This document shows, one piece after another, positions 10,479-19,523 of a stretch of 64,000 bases of DNA. The notes beneath the pieces are model-generated. The model was not told the origin of the DNA. It saw nothing but the letters and a program-made list of their open reading frames with translations, and searched no databases. The stretch comes from Tolypothrix carrinoi HA7290-LM1. Its GTDB lineage: Bacteria > Cyanobacteriota > Cyanobacteriia > Cyanobacteriales > Nostocaceae. Location of the stretch: the NCBI GenBank assembly GCA_019358935.1, contig JAHHIK010000016.1, positions 36,046 to 100,045 of the forward strand, in the 5' to 3' direction. Both the position numbers and the translations under genes were made by a program. How positions within the stretch are numbered: the first letter of the stretch is position 1; every line of letters begins with the position of its first letter.

Positions 10479-10790
10479 ATGCACCTAGTTAAGAAAATAG
10501 AAGTTATTGCTAACGCCTTTGAGCTTGGCAAAATTTTAGATAGTTTAGACAAGTCAGGTGTACATAGTCATATTGTGATTCGCAATGTTGCTGGTAAAGG
10601 ATTGCGAGGAACCGCAGAAGATTTAGACATGACAATGCTTGATAATGTTTACATCATCGCGTTTTGTATGCCAGAGCAAATCAAGCCTGTACTCGAAAAC
10701 ATCAGACCACTGCTCAACAAATTTGGGGGTACTTGTTACATCTCAGATGTAATGGAGATTCGCTCTGTAAAATGTGTGGCGTCGCTGTAA
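10479..10790 (+). CDS. sbtB: PII-like regulator (SbtB family)
   Basis: KKIEVI...NVAGKGLRG...FGGTCYISDV; directly downstream of sbtA. Confidence 0.82.
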   Translation: MHLVKKIEVIANAFELGKILDSLDKSGVHSHIVIRNVAGKGLRGTAEDLDMTMLDNVYIIAFCMPEQIKPVLENIRPLLNKFGGTCYISDVMEIRSVKCVASL

Positions 10791-10806
10791 GAGGTTGATA
10801 AATCTA

Positions 10807-11529
10807 ATGAAGCATTTCATAGAACGTCGTGACTTTTTGAAGTTAGGGGTTACGGGAGCATTTGGGATGATGGTAACTGCCGGTGATTTACTTTGGCAGG
10901 TCGAACAAGCTAAAGCCGCCGGATTGCCAAATGGCTCTTTAGCTACCCCTCAATCCCTTAGTGCCGATGCTGTGCTGCAAAAGTTGATCGAAGGAAATCA
11001 GCGGTTTGTGCAACATAAACCTGAATATCCCGATCAATCTGCGGCTCGATTGCAGGAAGTCGCTCAAGCTCAACATCCATTTGCAACTATCCTTAGTTGT
11101 GCTGATTCACGGGTGCCGGCAGAAATTATTTTCGATCAGGGTATTGGAGACATCTTTGATGTACGGGTTGCTGGAAATATTGCCACGCCGGAAACACTCG
11201 GCAGTATTGAATATGCGGTTGTACTGTTAGGCACGCCGTTAGTGATGGTGCTGGGTCATGAACGATGCGGGGCAGTCACCGCAGCTGTACAAAACGAATC
11301 GCTGCTGGGCGAAATTGGTAGCTTTGTGAAAGCAATCAAGCCAGCCGTGAAAAGAGTCAAGGATCAGCCAGGCGATGCGGTTGATAACGCTGTGGTGGCA
11401 AATGTGCAATATCAAATTGAACGGTTGAAGCGATCGAAGCTCTTAACTGAACAGATCGAGGCGGGCAAGTTAAAAATTGTGGGGGGTCGTTATGACTTGG
11501 ATACAGGCAGTGTGACTATGATTACCTAA
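10807..11529 (+). CDS. Beta-carbonic anhydrase with Tat signal
   Basis: ERRDFLK twin-arginine motif; CADSRVP and HERCGAV zinc ligands. Confidence 0.92.
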   Translation: MKHFIERRDFLKLGVTGAFGMMVTAGDLLWQVEQAKAAGLPNGSLATPQSLSADAVLQKLIEGNQRFVQHKPEYPDQSAARLQEVAQAQHPFATILSCADSRVPAEIIFDQGIGDIFDVRVAGNIATPETLGSIEYAVVLLGTPLVMVLGHERCGAVTAAVQNESLLGEIGSFVKAIKPAVKRVKDQPGDAVDNAVVANVQYQIERLKRSKLLTEQIEAGKLKIVGGRYDLDTGSVTMIT

Positions 11530-11748
11530 TTAGGCAGAGGTTACAATACACACTGGCTATTCAGCCTGATTGAACTTGTACTTGGTGTAACGTTTCCAAA
11601 GTTCAATAATTTTGTGTGTAACGTTGGGTGTAATGTCAAGCTCGATTGTACTGAGTAGGTAAGGCTTCAGAAAAGTGAAATTGAGCGATAAATCGCTCAC
11701 TACGAAAACATCAAAATTAATCACACATACCACTAAGTATGGGCAAGC

Positions 11749-11790
11749 TTGACATTTACGCCGAAAAATTACGATACTGTATCGTATCGT
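11749..11790 (+). promoter_or_regulatory. Promoter with palindromic operator overlapping the -10
   Basis: TTGACA at 11749; perfect palindrome ACGATAC-T-GTATCGT at 11771-11785. Confidence 0.6.
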
Positions 11791-11808
11791 TAGCAATTGG
11801 TGCAAATT

Positions 11809-12297
11809 ATGAGGCGTACTCGTCCCCAATATACCGATAAAAGCAGCACTCAAACCCTACGGCAAGGAATCGAAGAGTTTTACGCAGTAAATCCACATCT
11901 GACCAATCCAAACGAAATGCCGCCGGATTTTGCGAAAATCTTAATTGCTCATGATGTTACGCATGTCATCTTGGGCTGCGATACCGATATGTATGATGAA
12001 CTGAGACTTTTGCCATTGTGCTTTTTAACTAGTGACTTCAAGTTTCGTGACTATTTACGGGAGCGAAAAAACCCGGCTGTTGATGTGATGTATAAAGACT
12101 TGGTAAAGCAACATGGGCTGCTGTGGTTGTATAGCTCAATATTTGTTGTATTGCCGCGATTATTGCCACAAGTTGTGGTAATGTGGTTCAAAACTCGCGG
12201 AACACGTAAGTACTATCCATTTTTCGACTTTGAACCTCTACTTGACCGTTCTCTGTTAGAGATTCGCTCCTGTTTTAACCTGTTACCACTGCTTTGA
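11809..12297 (+). CDS. Coq4-like metal-binding protein
   Basis: HDVTHVILGCDTDMYDE (HDxxH...E) motif. Confidence 0.6.
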   Translation: MRRTRPQYTDKSSTQTLRQGIEEFYAVNPHLTNPNEMPPDFAKILIAHDVTHVILGCDTDMYDELRLLPLCFLTSDFKFRDYLRERKNPAVDVMYKDLVKQHGLLWLYSSIFVVLPRLLPQVVVMWFKTRGTRKYYPFFDFEPLLDRSLLEIRSCFNLLPLL

Positions 12298-12533
12298 TGC
12301 AGAAGACAAAATATTAACCGATCGGGGGTAATGCGATCGCGCTCTTTTTCTTTGATTACCGTAAGAAGTGTCCGACAATAATTAAAGCCGAATGAATCTA
12401 AGAAGCTTTGCAAACTAAAGAATTAGCTATATTAACCAGGTAGTGAGAATGAAAATTGACATACAGAGGTAAATTTTGGCTAATCCCGATAAAGTGGAAT
12501 GAAAGAGAAACAGTTTGATAAAAAATTCAGGAC

Positions 12534-12794
12534 ATGGAAAATTCTGCCGAACAACCACAACCTTTGAAATTGCAAGCTGCCGCCATTCGCAGTTTGCCAA
12601 CTCTGAATTTTGGTGACTCTGGTGACTCTGTAAAAGTCTTACAGCGGCTTTTATCACAGAATGGCTATCCTGTTCGAGTTGATGGCAATTTTGGTGCGTT
12701 AACAGAAACAGCCGTCAAAGCCTTTCAAAGCCGGCACAACTTAACTGCGGATGGAGTAGTCGGTTCGAGGACTTGGCGTGAGTTGACAAGCTAG
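12534..12794 (+). CDS. Peptidoglycan-binding domain protein
   Basis: LPTLNFGDSG...VKVLQRLL...VDGNFG...AVKAFQ...DGVVGSRTW. Confidence 0.88.
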   Translation: MENSAEQPQPLKLQAAAIRSLPTLNFGDSGDSVKVLQRLLSQNGYPVRVDGNFGALTETAVKAFQSRHNLTADGVVGSRTWRELTS

Positions 12795-13386
12795 TTAACA
12801 ATTAAAAATTAAAAGTTATTAACCCATCAATCAAATAAGAGGTTGGGAATTAGGATGCGTTGTGTTTTTTAACAATATTAAAACACAATTATTTATTTTA
12901 TCATTAATATTTAAAATTTATTTATTATAAAAATCTGACTCACCTACCACCCATAGTGCATGAAGGCAAAAGGGAGGAAAGCTTATTTTACAAGCTTTTC
13001 AACTGGATAGTTATTTATGCCACGCTGCAAAGCGCGATTTTTATGCTCTCAAGCTTATTGATGGGTAATAGGTTTGACAGAATTATTTTGCCAAGAGAGA
13101 TAAAATTGCACAAAGTTTAATAATCGACTCATTAGACAAGAGTGACAAGTTTAGAGATTTAGGGATAAAAGGAAGTGAGAATTTTTAGACGAGACTTGTG
13201 TGTGAATAATCGACTTATCCGTCTATCCCACATTTTTATCAACCAGATATTACAAGTGCAAATACTTAATAAATGATTTTATCGCCAAAATAATTACATT
13301 TTTTTAACTTATAGCTACGCATTATTCCTGAGGAACAACTATTTTGTCTGTCAAGGGAAATATGGGTGTTAGTAAAATGAAATACG

Positions 13387-14049
13387 ATGAGTCATATTGG
13401 TCTGCTGATGACCGGTGTCTTAACAACAGGACAACCGTCTTTGCCCAAGTTACCCGTACAGCCATTATTTCAGTCAGACAAGCCGGTGCAGCAGTCAACA
13501 GAGGAGCGCTCAAATGATGTCGTTGCCGCTCCTGAAATCACACCGCCTGAATTCATACAGCTAGATGGTAATCTCCAAGTCGCCCACTCACCGCTGAAGA
13601 AAGAGCAGCAAAATATACTAAGTGATTTAACGGAAAAAATCAAGTCAATACAATCTAAATTTTCCCATGTAGGAAAGGACACCGCTGTAGAAGGCTGGAC
13701 GCTGGGGGAAATTTCAGTTGTTGCTGCTGTGAATTCTCTGATTATAAAAGAAGATGAACAAAGTAGTGATGAGTTAGTTATTGGGCGATCGCGAAGTGTC
13801 TCCAAAGGAGAATCAAAAAAACTAAGACCAAAATTTATTAACCAAAATCTGCCAACTCTGGGTTTTGGTAGCTCAGGTGTTTCTGTCAAAGTTTTGCAAC
13901 GCCTATTATTATCTAACGGCTATGCTGTTCGAGTTGATGGAGTTTTTGGTGCGCTGACAGAAAGTGCTGTTAAAGCCTTTCAAAATCGGCGCAATTTAGG
14001 TGTGGATGGAGTTGTTGGTTCTAGAACTTGGCGAGAATTAACTAGGTAG
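13387..14049 (+). CDS. Peptidoglycan-binding domain protein with long N-terminal extension
   Basis: C-terminal PG_binding_1 domain paralogous to 12534..12794. Confidence 0.85.
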   Translation: MSHIGLLMTGVLTTGQPSLPKLPVQPLFQSDKPVQQSTEERSNDVVAAPEITPPEFIQLDGNLQVAHSPLKKEQQNILSDLTEKIKSIQSKFSHVGKDTAVEGWTLGEISVVAAVNSLIIKEDEQSSDELVIGRSRSVSKGESKKLRPKFINQNLPTLGFGSSGVSVKVLQRLLLSNGYAVRVDGVFGALTESAVKAFQNRRNLGVDGVVGSRTWRELTR

Positions 14050-14166
14050 TTAGGAGGAGCGGAGTTAGACAGAAGATTGAGCGATTTTATTTCACTCCTG
14101 ACTTGTGACTTGTAACTCCGCTCCTTTGCGCCGACCGTACAGACGTTCCACGCTTTACGTCTCTAC
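14050..14166. repeat. Composite hairpin GGAGCGGAGTTA...TAACTCCGCTCC plus GTAG-type REP-like palindrome
   Basis: Same composite at ~56675-56769; lies between convergent genes. Confidence 0.65.
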
Positions 14167-14182
14167 CGCTTTTCCTAACTTT

Positions 14183-16594
14183 TTACCGATGCTTATGCTC
14201 TTCTAAAATTGCTTGCGCTCTTGGCTTGTAAATCAAATAGAACAAAGTCTCAATGTAGCGCAACAAATCCTCCCGATTTTCCTTAGAGTTAAAGTTCCAG
14301 AAGCCATAAATCCGTGCTAATGATAGCAGCTTGGTAGTGTGAATTTTCCAAGTGTAGGTGCTATAAACTCGGTTAATAGCTTGCTGAGAAACTTCATTCC
14401 AATAGTTCGGATTTTGTTCGCACTTCAGCACAAATTCGATAATTTTATCGGCTGTCTCTTCTAAATTTGTGGGGTTAATGTAAAAGCCATTAACTTTATT
14501 TTGGATAATTTCCAAAGGACCACCAAACTGAGTAGCAAAAGTTGGTAATCCGGAAATCATTGCTTCCAAAATAGTCAAACCGAAAGCTTCAAATAAAGCT
14601 GGCTGGACAAACACACCTTGATGGTCAGCAATTACTCGGTAAACTTCACCAGATTGACCTTTAGACAAACGCACACCTAACCAACGAATCTTGCCATGAA
14701 GATTGTATTGCTCAATGATGTTGTAAAGTTTGATAATTTCGTCGCGTTCTTCGTTGTCGCCTGATTCTTCAACTCGCAACTTACCGGCGATTAAAATTAA
14801 GTTGAAATGCTCTTGCAATTCTGGACTTTTACCAAAGCATTCGGCTAAACCTGTCATGTTCTTAATGCGGTCGAGACGTGCCATTGAGAACAGCGGACGC
14901 TTGTTGGGGTCGTCGAGTCTGCCAAATATCTGTGAGGAGTCGTCTAAGGTAAAGAGCATTTCTTCAATTCTCAGGCGATCGCTCTCTACACGGTCTTCAT
15001 GACGCGTGTAGGGGAAGTAAGCTTTTTCATTTACTCCCGGTGGTACTACATTAAACTTGGGACTAAACAGTTCAATTCCATTCACCACATGATACAAATC
15101 TGGCATGGTGAAGCATTTGTAAGACTCATATTGTCCGACACTATCCGGCGTACCGACAATTTCTTGATAGGTGCTGCTGATGATGAAGTTAGCAGCATTC
15201 ATTGCAATCAAATCAGCAGTAAACTGTAAGGAAAAATGATATTTATCCTCCAAATCATTCCAGTAAAGGTTACTGAACAAGTATTTGGACTTTTCCAAAG
15301 CGTGGGCAATGTTACACTGCGTTACTTTCAGACGCCGCGCCAGGAGAAACGCCACCAAATTTCCATCAGTATAGTTACCCACAATTAAGTCAGGTTTACC
15401 TTGAAATTCTGCCAGCAATTCTTTTTCAGAATCAATGGCGAAAGTTTCTAAATAAGGCCAAAACTCAAATCGAGAAATCCAGTTTTGCGTCATGTTGGGA
15501 TTAAATTCCCGCAGAGGTACGCGCAAAATCCAGGCATTTTCGGTGCCATGAACTTTTTCTAAACGTTGGTTACAAAGAGTGCCATCACTGTTGGGTATTA
15601 AGCGGGTGAGAATAATTACTTTTGGCTCAACATTGAGTTTTTCTAAGCCAGCTAAGATGGCATCTTCTTGTAACTGTTGTTCGAGAGTTTTTGCTTGGTC
15701 GAGGACGTAAACTACCTGACCACCAGTATCGGGACGTCCTAAAACTCCTTCTTGTCCAAACCAACCGTGAGCTGACACCAAGACGATTTTAAAAATCATC
15801 GGGATGCGAGAGATAAACGCTTCTAGGGTTTGGGGGTCGGGAGAGTCGATTAATTCATCAAGAATTTCTAAGCTTTCGCGGACGCGAGAAGCGGTGTTAC
15901 CCCAACCCGGTTCAAAGCCCATCATTTGCAATTGAAACCGGAATTCTTCGTAGGGTTCATCAGTTGGGCGATCGCTTACAAATCCGATTGCTTTTTTAAC
16001 TTGTTCGGAAAGTTGCTGCTGTGTTTGAATGTTGTTATTGATCAGCAGTTGGATGCCGTTGTATTGGTGCAAGCGCAGAAAATTAAACAAGCCTTCTAGC
16101 CATTCCTTCGGGTCTTGGAACAACTTGCTGGAGAGATAACGGTTGAGGTACTGCACCCCTTTGCCAATATTTTTCGGATCGCGAATTGTCGGGGTATAGT
16201 CGTAAAATGGACCGAAATCCAATTCTAGCAGATCGCCTTCTTGAGGGTGAAATCGGTTTACTAGGCGATCGCGCAGATCCAAAAGTTCGTCCACCGATAT
16301 CGATTCCACACTCAAGTCTTCCGTCAGCCGATAAACTTCTTGACTGGCTATTTTTGGGCGAAAAATGAAACAGAGATTTGTACTGTCCTGAATAATTTCC
16401 TGAGTATAGTAAATTAGCTTGCCTAAGAGCGAAAAAGGCTGCTCTTTCTGGTGTTTAGAGCAAAATTCACTGTACACGTTCAGGATGTCGTTTCGCAGCA
16501 AATACCCCTTTTCTTGGCTGCGTAACTCGCTAATAAACGAACGCAAATCGCTTTTTTCTTCGCTGTTCAAGACTGCATGAATCAATTCAGACAT
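14183..16594 (-). CDS. susA: Sucrose synthase
   Basis: GRPDTGGQVVYVLDQ, MARLDRIKN, EAFGLTILEAM; resembles Anabaena SusA as recalled. Confidence 0.95.
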   Translation of the reverse strand: MSELIHAVLNSEEKSDLRSFISELRSQEKGYLLRNDILNVYSEFCSKHQKEQPFSLLGKLIYYTQEIIQDSTNLCFIFRPKIASQEVYRLTEDLSVESISVDELLDLRDRLVNRFHPQEGDLLELDFGPFYDYTPTIRDPKNIGKGVQYLNRYLSSKLFQDPKEWLEGLFNFLRLHQYNGIQLLINNNIQTQQQLSEQVKKAIGFVSDRPTDEPYEEFRFQLQMMGFEPGWGNTASRVRESLEILDELIDSPDPQTLEAFISRIPMIFKIVLVSAHGWFGQEGVLGRPDTGGQVVYVLDQAKTLEQQLQEDAILAGLEKLNVEPKVIILTRLIPNSDGTLCNQRLEKVHGTENAWILRVPLREFNPNMTQNWISRFEFWPYLETFAIDSEKELLAEFQGKPDLIVGNYTDGNLVAFLLARRLKVTQCNIAHALEKSKYLFSNLYWNDLEDKYHFSLQFTADLIAMNAANFIISSTYQEIVGTPDSVGQYESYKCFTMPDLYHVVNGIELFSPKFNVVPPGVNEKAYFPYTRHEDRVESDRLRIEEMLFTLDDSSQIFGRLDDPNKRPLFSMARLDRIKNMTGLAECFGKSPELQEHFNLILIAGKLRVEESGDNEERDEIIKLYNIIEQYNLHGKIRWLGVRLSKGQSGEVYRVIADHQGVFVQPALFEAFGLTILEAMISGLPTFATQFGGPLEIIQNKVNGFYINPTNLEETADKIIEFVLKCEQNPNYWNEVSQQAINRVYSTYTWKIHTTKLLSLARIYGFWNFNSKENREDLLRYIETLFYLIYKPRAQAILEEHKHR

Positions 16595-17256
16595 GGGAAC
16601 CCCACTTATCGATTTTTGATTTTAGCTTTTGTTTAGATTTTGACTGGATAATGCCTCAAAAGTCAAAAAAAGCAACATCAAGGCAAAAAAAAGCAGATTT
16701 TTCCTTTTTACTTTGACCTTTTCTGTTTACCCATCAATTTCATCTCCTTTCTACGCATATCTTATTGCTGAACAAATTTCCCTCTAACTAAAGACGTACA
16801 ATTTGAGATTTTTTCATTGACAGGAAAAATTTTCTCAGTGTCAAGTAACCCAAGGGCTATTTTGGGAGATACTCGCTATAAAGAAATTTTTGTTATTACC
16901 TGTAACAATTATCAAGTTAGATTTATAACGTGGCTGACAAAATTTTGCAAGCTTATTTGTTACTGATTAACAAGCATCGTTAATTTGAGGCTCAACTAAA
17001 TTTTAATAGTTGATATTGCTGGGTATTAATGCTTATTTTTATACTTTGGTGCAGAAAAGCTATTTTTAAAAGCCACAGGATTTATGAGAGAATGATTAAT
17101 TTTTGTCAACAACAAAAATTAATTGTTTGCAAGTAAATATACTCAAAATGTTTAACTTAAATGAATTAAAATCAACTTTTGGATGTTAACTAGAAAATGC
17201 CTGATTCAATGTGTTTATAATTTCAGCATAAAGTCGTAGAAATCAGGTTGTTTCAT

Positions 17257-17370
17257 ATGGCTACAAATACACAAAAAGCAACATCTGACCACAGCGTAGG
17301 CAACATAGTTATTATGTCCTTGCTTGCCTTCTGTGGGTTGACCGTCATCTTTCTGCTTGGTCTTTTTTAA
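17257..17370 (+). CDS. Small single-TM protein (37 aa, MATNTQKATSDHSVGNIVIMSLLAFCGLTVIFLLGLF)
   Basis: Clean ATG..TAA ORF with a hydrophobic C-terminal helix; not in the ORF track. Confidence 0.5.
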   Translation: MATNTQKATSDHSVGNIVIMSLLAFCGLTVIFLLGLF

Positions 17371-17390
17371 CTAGAAATTAAAGTAGTCAA

Positions 17391-17521
17391 CACCCTATAA
17401 GGGTGTCGCTATACAAACAAAGCCCGCCTACGCGGGCTGGAATCTCATAGCCCGCGTAGGCGGGCTTCCCTTCGGGACGCTGCGCGAACGTTCATGTAGC
17501 CCCAGGCTTCCAGCCTGAGGG
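17391..17521. repeat. Multi-hairpin REP/MITE-like element with an inserted small repeat
   Basis: AGCCCGCCTACGCGGGCT / AGCCCGCGTAGGCGGGCT inverted pair; related half copy at ~23890-23922. Confidence 0.6.
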
Positions 17522-17642
17522 TAGTAGTATTCAAAATTTAAAGTAACAAAAAGCGATGTCTGACGACATCGCTATTGATATTTAACTAATTTTTTTGTTG
17601 GGTAGTAATTTTTAATTTCCCCGCAGAAAGTTGACGTTACAA

Positions 17643-18728
17643 CTAACCCATGCCATCGATTACGGGATGAAAGTAGAAAGCGAACCCCAACACTGTATAA
17701 GCGGCTAATAGCAATGTGCCTTCTAGCCAATTGGATTTCCCATCAGAACTAATAGAATTTGCAATTAACACCGATACAGCCACAGCCACTAATTCAAAGG
17801 GTTTAAAATCTAAATCCATCGGCTGACCGAATATTCGCCCTGCTATCACTAAAACAGGAGCGACAAATAAAGCAATCTGCATACTCGATCCCACAGCCAC
17901 GGAAACGGAAAGATCCATCTTATCTTTCATTGCCACCGTAACTGCGGTAGCATGTTCAGCGGCATTACCGACGATGGGAACCAAAATCACCCCTGTAAAC
18001 AGTGCCGTCAAACCAAGCTGGGATGTGGCTACTTCCAAAGAATCTACCAGCATTTCTGACTCAAGCGCCACTAAAAGAGTACACGCTAACAGCACGCCAG
18101 TCCACAACAAAATATTTGGCTTAGTATGAGAAGTTTCCTCAGACTCGACTAAACCCACCTCATAAAGATAAGCGTGGGTTTTCATCGAAAATAGCAGCGT
18201 CAAAGCGTAAACCACGATTAATACTATTGCCACCGCAAGCGAAAAATTTTCTACGGTTTGTTGACTAATTCCAACAGAAGTTACGTTCATCGCTGTTGGC
18301 AGCAAAATCGCAATCACTGCCAAATTCATAGAAGCAGCATTTACCCGCGCTACAATTGGCTGAAATGTCTGTTCTTTGTAGCGAAGTCCTCCCAACAGCA
18401 TAGAAAGACCCATCACAAGTAGTAAGTTGCCAATAATCGAGCCGGTTATACTGGCTTTGACTACATTTACCAACCCAGCTTTTAGGGCAATTAAAGCAAT
18501 GATCAATTCTGTGGCGTTACCAAAGGTGGCGTTTAATAATCCTCCTAGCGTTGGACCAACTACCACAGCAATTTCTTCTGTAGCTGTACCCATCCAAGCT
18601 GCTAACGGCAAAATCGCTAGTGCAGCGGTGATGAAAACTGTCAACTCTCCCCACTTGAGAAATTCGGCTGCTAAGGAAACGGGGATAAACAATAACAGAA
18701 CGAGAAAGAGAATGTTTTTACCGGACAT
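17643..18728 (-). CDS. cax: Ca2+/H+ antiporter
   Basis: GLLNATFGNATELI and GNAAEH alpha-repeats. Confidence 0.93.
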   Translation of the reverse strand: MSGKNILFLVLLLFIPVSLAAEFLKWGELTVFITAALAILPLAAWMGTATEEIAVVVGPTLGGLLNATFGNATELIIALIALKAGLVNVVKASITGSIIGNLLLVMGLSMLLGGLRYKEQTFQPIVARVNAASMNLAVIAILLPTAMNVTSVGISQQTVENFSLAVAIVLIVVYALTLLFSMKTHAYLYEVGLVESEETSHTKPNILLWTGVLLACTLLVALESEMLVDSLEVATSQLGLTALFTGVILVPIVGNAAEHATAVTVAMKDKMDLSVSVAVGSSMQIALFVAPVLVIAGRIFGQPMDLDFKPFELVAVAVSVLIANSISSDGKSNWLEGTLLLAAYTVLGFAFYFHPVIDGMG

Positions 18729-18782
18729 TTGTTATCTAAATTCTAGGGGATCAATGAAAATAGTTGGTTGTGAGTTGTTGGT

Positions 18783-19082
18783 GGGCATTGGGCAATGGGC
18801 ATTGGGCATTGGGAATTGGGAATGGGTAATGGGTAATGGGTAATAATTCTTTTTCCAGTCGCCATGACGCGGCTATGCTTCAAGTCGGCAGAGCCGACGG
18901 CAGGTGCTACAACGGGGGGAAAATACGCAACGCACTGCCTCCCCAACGCACTGGCTCCCCCATGCCCCATGCCCCATGACGCGGCTATGCTTCAAGTCGG
19001 CAGAGCCGCCCAACGCACTGGCTCCCCCATGCCCCATGCCCCACTATCCACTATCCACTATCCACTTCCACTATCCACTTCC
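18783..19082. repeat. STRR heptamer arrays with nested ~45-nt structured elements
   Basis: (GGGCATT/GGGTAAT)n, (CCCCATG)n, (CCACTAT)n; duplicated element, one copy with a 44-nt insert. Confidence 0.85.
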
Positions 19083-19523
19083 AAAGACTAGATTCTAGGA
19101 TACTCTCTACCCTGCGGTAGAACGGCTCAGAGATTCTACTGTTTGCACTTTTTGGCTAGATATGTAAAATTAAATTGCGATTTGTGCAGCTTTCGCAATC
19201 TTTAGTTACAAATCTATCAATTTAAGCCCGAATCCTACACCAAAAATGGGGTTTAATATATTAAAAGACAATTAAGTTTTTTCGGGCTGCAAACCAAATA
19301 ACCCGTTAACTAAGGCTTTTGACAATGGATAATTCATTCATGCCTGCGGTTCGGCTGAAGTTTGAGAAAGCAGATGACCCGCAAGACTAAAGCAAGATGT
19401 CAAAAATTAGCAAGTTTTGTCATAGTTGTTTATACCGAGCGAAGCGAAGATGGCGCGGTAACGATTTTTGCATAGATATTCGATAGCACAACTGTAATTT
19501 TTAGTGATTCAGGATAAAGATAC

